A program made the translations under genes and the position numbers. A DNA stretch of 60,146 nt from Fidelibacterota bacterium (lineage in GTDB: Bacteria > Fidelibacterota > Fidelibacteria > Fidelibacterales > DSDE01): NCBI GenBank assembly GCA_046735395.1, contig JBJKQR010000009.1, forward strand, positions 1 through 60,146. Direction: 5' to 3'. The notes beneath the pieces are model-generated. The model ran no database searches and was not told the origin of the DNA. It saw nothing but the letters and a program-made list of their open reading frames with translations. Shown here piece after piece: positions 58,631 through 60,146 of the stretch. Position 1 is the stretch's first letter; every line of letters starts with the position of its first letter.

Positions 58631-59842
58631 ATGATAAAAATATTCCGTGGAAAGCATGATGGACAAGACGTTATTTGGATGGAAGTTCCCTATGATCGAG
58701 TCCTGATCAGAAAAATAAAGTCATTGGGTTATGCAAAATGGTTCCCGGAGAAGAAATTATGGTACATACCATTTAAGAATTTTGATACAGAAAGGATGGC
58801 TGCGGTTTTTGGCTCTGAAATTCTTAAACACATTGATAAAGATTTATTTATTGCGGAAAGGTCTAAAAAGGACTCTCCTGATTTTATTGCTCTGACAAAA
58901 CAAATGAGAATGGAATTGGGAAGCAGGCATTATAGTAAGAGGACCCAGGAGAGTTATACAAATTGGTGCAAACGCTTTTTTCAATTTTATTCTGATAATA
59001 ATTTAGGGGAATTGGATACGAATGCTGTCAATAAATTTTTATCCTATCTTGCAATTCATGAAAATGTAAGTTCATCAACTCAGAATCAGGCCCTCTCCGC
59101 TTTTTTATTTTTATTTCGATTCGTTATGCATCAGGATCTGGAGACTCTGGATGATGTGATTCGGGCGCGTAAACCAACGTATTTGCCCGTTGTTTTATCT
59201 AAATCAGAAGTTAGGGCAATAATTAATAATTTGAACGGAATGACCAGGCTGATGGCTTCTCTGATATATGGTACGGGCATACGGCTGAATGAATGCCTGA
59301 ACCTGAGGATTCAGGATCTGGATTTTGAAAAGAATGAAATACAGGTTCGCGGTGGAAAAGGTGCCAAAGACCGAGTGACGATGTTGCCCGAAATGCTTAA
59401 AAAGGAGCTGAAAAAGCATCTGGAAGACGTTAAAATGATCCATGATTCAGATTTGATCGATGGATGGGGACAGGTGGAGCTGCCGGATGCATTGGACAGA
59501 AAATATCCTTCAGCACCGCGGGAATGGAGATGGCAATGGGTATTTCCACAGGAACATCGTTGGAAAAATGCCCGAACTCTGCAACAGGGACGTCATCATA
59601 TTGACGCGTCCATTTTGCAGAAAGCCTTCCGCAAGGCTGTGGCCAAAACCGGAATGGCAAAACGGGCCAGCGTTCACACTTTACGTCATTCCTTCGCGAC
59701 CCATTTACTTGAAGACGGCTATGACATCAGAACTGTGCAGGAGTTATTGGGACACAAGGATGTGAGAACCACAATGATATATACGCATGTACTGAATCGT
59801 GGTGGAAAGGGTGTCAAAAGTCCGTTGGATAATCTGGAGTAA
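58631..59842 (+). CDS. intI: Integron integrase with N-terminal extension
   Basis: STQNQALSA, GTGIRLNE, GKGAKDR, HTLRHSFATH, LGHKDV, MIYTH; IntI-specific insert LPDALDRKYP..WRWQWVFP..RHH. Confidence 0.93.
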   Translation: MIKIFRGKHDGQDVIWMEVPYDRVLIRKIKSLGYAKWFPEKKLWYIPFKNFDTERMAAVFGSEILKHIDKDLFIAERSKKDSPDFIALTKQMRMELGSRHYSKRTQESYTNWCKRFFQFYSDNNLGELDTNAVNKFLSYLAIHENVSSSTQNQALSAFLFLFRFVMHQDLETLDDVIRARKPTYLPVVLSKSEVRAIINNLNGMTRLMASLIYGTGIRLNECLNLRIQDLDFEKNEIQVRGGKGAKDRVTMLPEMLKKELKKHLEDVKMIHDSDLIDGWGQVELPDALDRKYPSAPREWRWQWVFPQEHRWKNARTLQQGRHHIDASILQKAFRKAVAKTGMAKRASVHTLRHSFATHLLEDGYDIRTVQELLGHKDVRTTMIYTHVLNRGGKGVKSPLDNLE

Positions 59843-59845
59843 ATA

Positions 59846-60001
59846 TGTTATCAGGTTTCCCGATAACACGCAAAGCATTTGTCCGAATCAAAATATATAC
59901 TTGTTATTAATGTGTTTAGATAATATATTCAGCGAATATTATCAGGAAACCAGATAACAGGTTATGATCTTATAAGGAAACCGTACAATTAATAGTTATG
60001 C
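59846..60001 (+). mobile_element. Putative attI region downstream of intI
   Basis: Three related boxes at 59848, 59939 and 59970, then core site GTTATGC at 59995 directly before a new ORF. Confidence 0.65.
59901..59929 (+). promoter_or_regulatory. Candidate cassette promoter (Pc)
   Basis: TTGTTA-17 nt-TATATT pointing at the core site and first cassette. Confidence 0.5.
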
Positions 60002-60024
60002 AGACCCTTCGGGCGGAGGAAAAA

Positions 60025-60146
60025 ATGGCAGATATTAGGATTGATTTACACACGGACTGGGCGAATATCCTTCGCCAGCAGTTTACAGAACGAGGGTATT
60101 CAATACCATCATCTGCAGATAATGATCATATCTGTTTGATGTATTT
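60025..60146 (+). CDS. Probable first gene cassette ORF (partial, hypothetical)
   Basis: GGAGG SD, ATG, open to the window end: MADIRIDLHTDWANILRQQFTERGYSIPSSADNDHICLMY. Confidence 0.7.
   Translation, partial: MADIRIDLHTDWANILRQQFTERGYSIPSSADNDHICLMY

Overview
Mostly core chromosome of a GC-moderate bacterium. A PorZ-like T9SS protein, pheT-zapB-zapA-rny synteny and an archaeal/eukaryotic-type ProRS suggest the FCB superphylum, possibly a Marinimicrobia-like lineage (inference only). Almost every real gene lies on the + strand. Translation genes are gltX, alaS, thrS-infC-rpmI-rplT-pheST, proS, selB and tadA. Other core genes include ppa, gcvPB, purC, trxB, mutS, rny, folD and recO, along with envelope proteases and a TetR/MMPL/LolA-like/beta-barrel operon. 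From about 57.3 kb the region becomes accessory: a mosaic of unrelated short repeats, a structured leader and DUF1883 gene, then an AT-rich integron integrase with an unusual N-terminal extension. The putative attI, cassette promoter and first cassette lie downstream of intI in the same orientation (reverse-type integron), and the array probably continues past the window end. The second notable item is a class III PLP enzyme coupled to a DUF6206-like protein that shows a full protein-kinase-like motif set.
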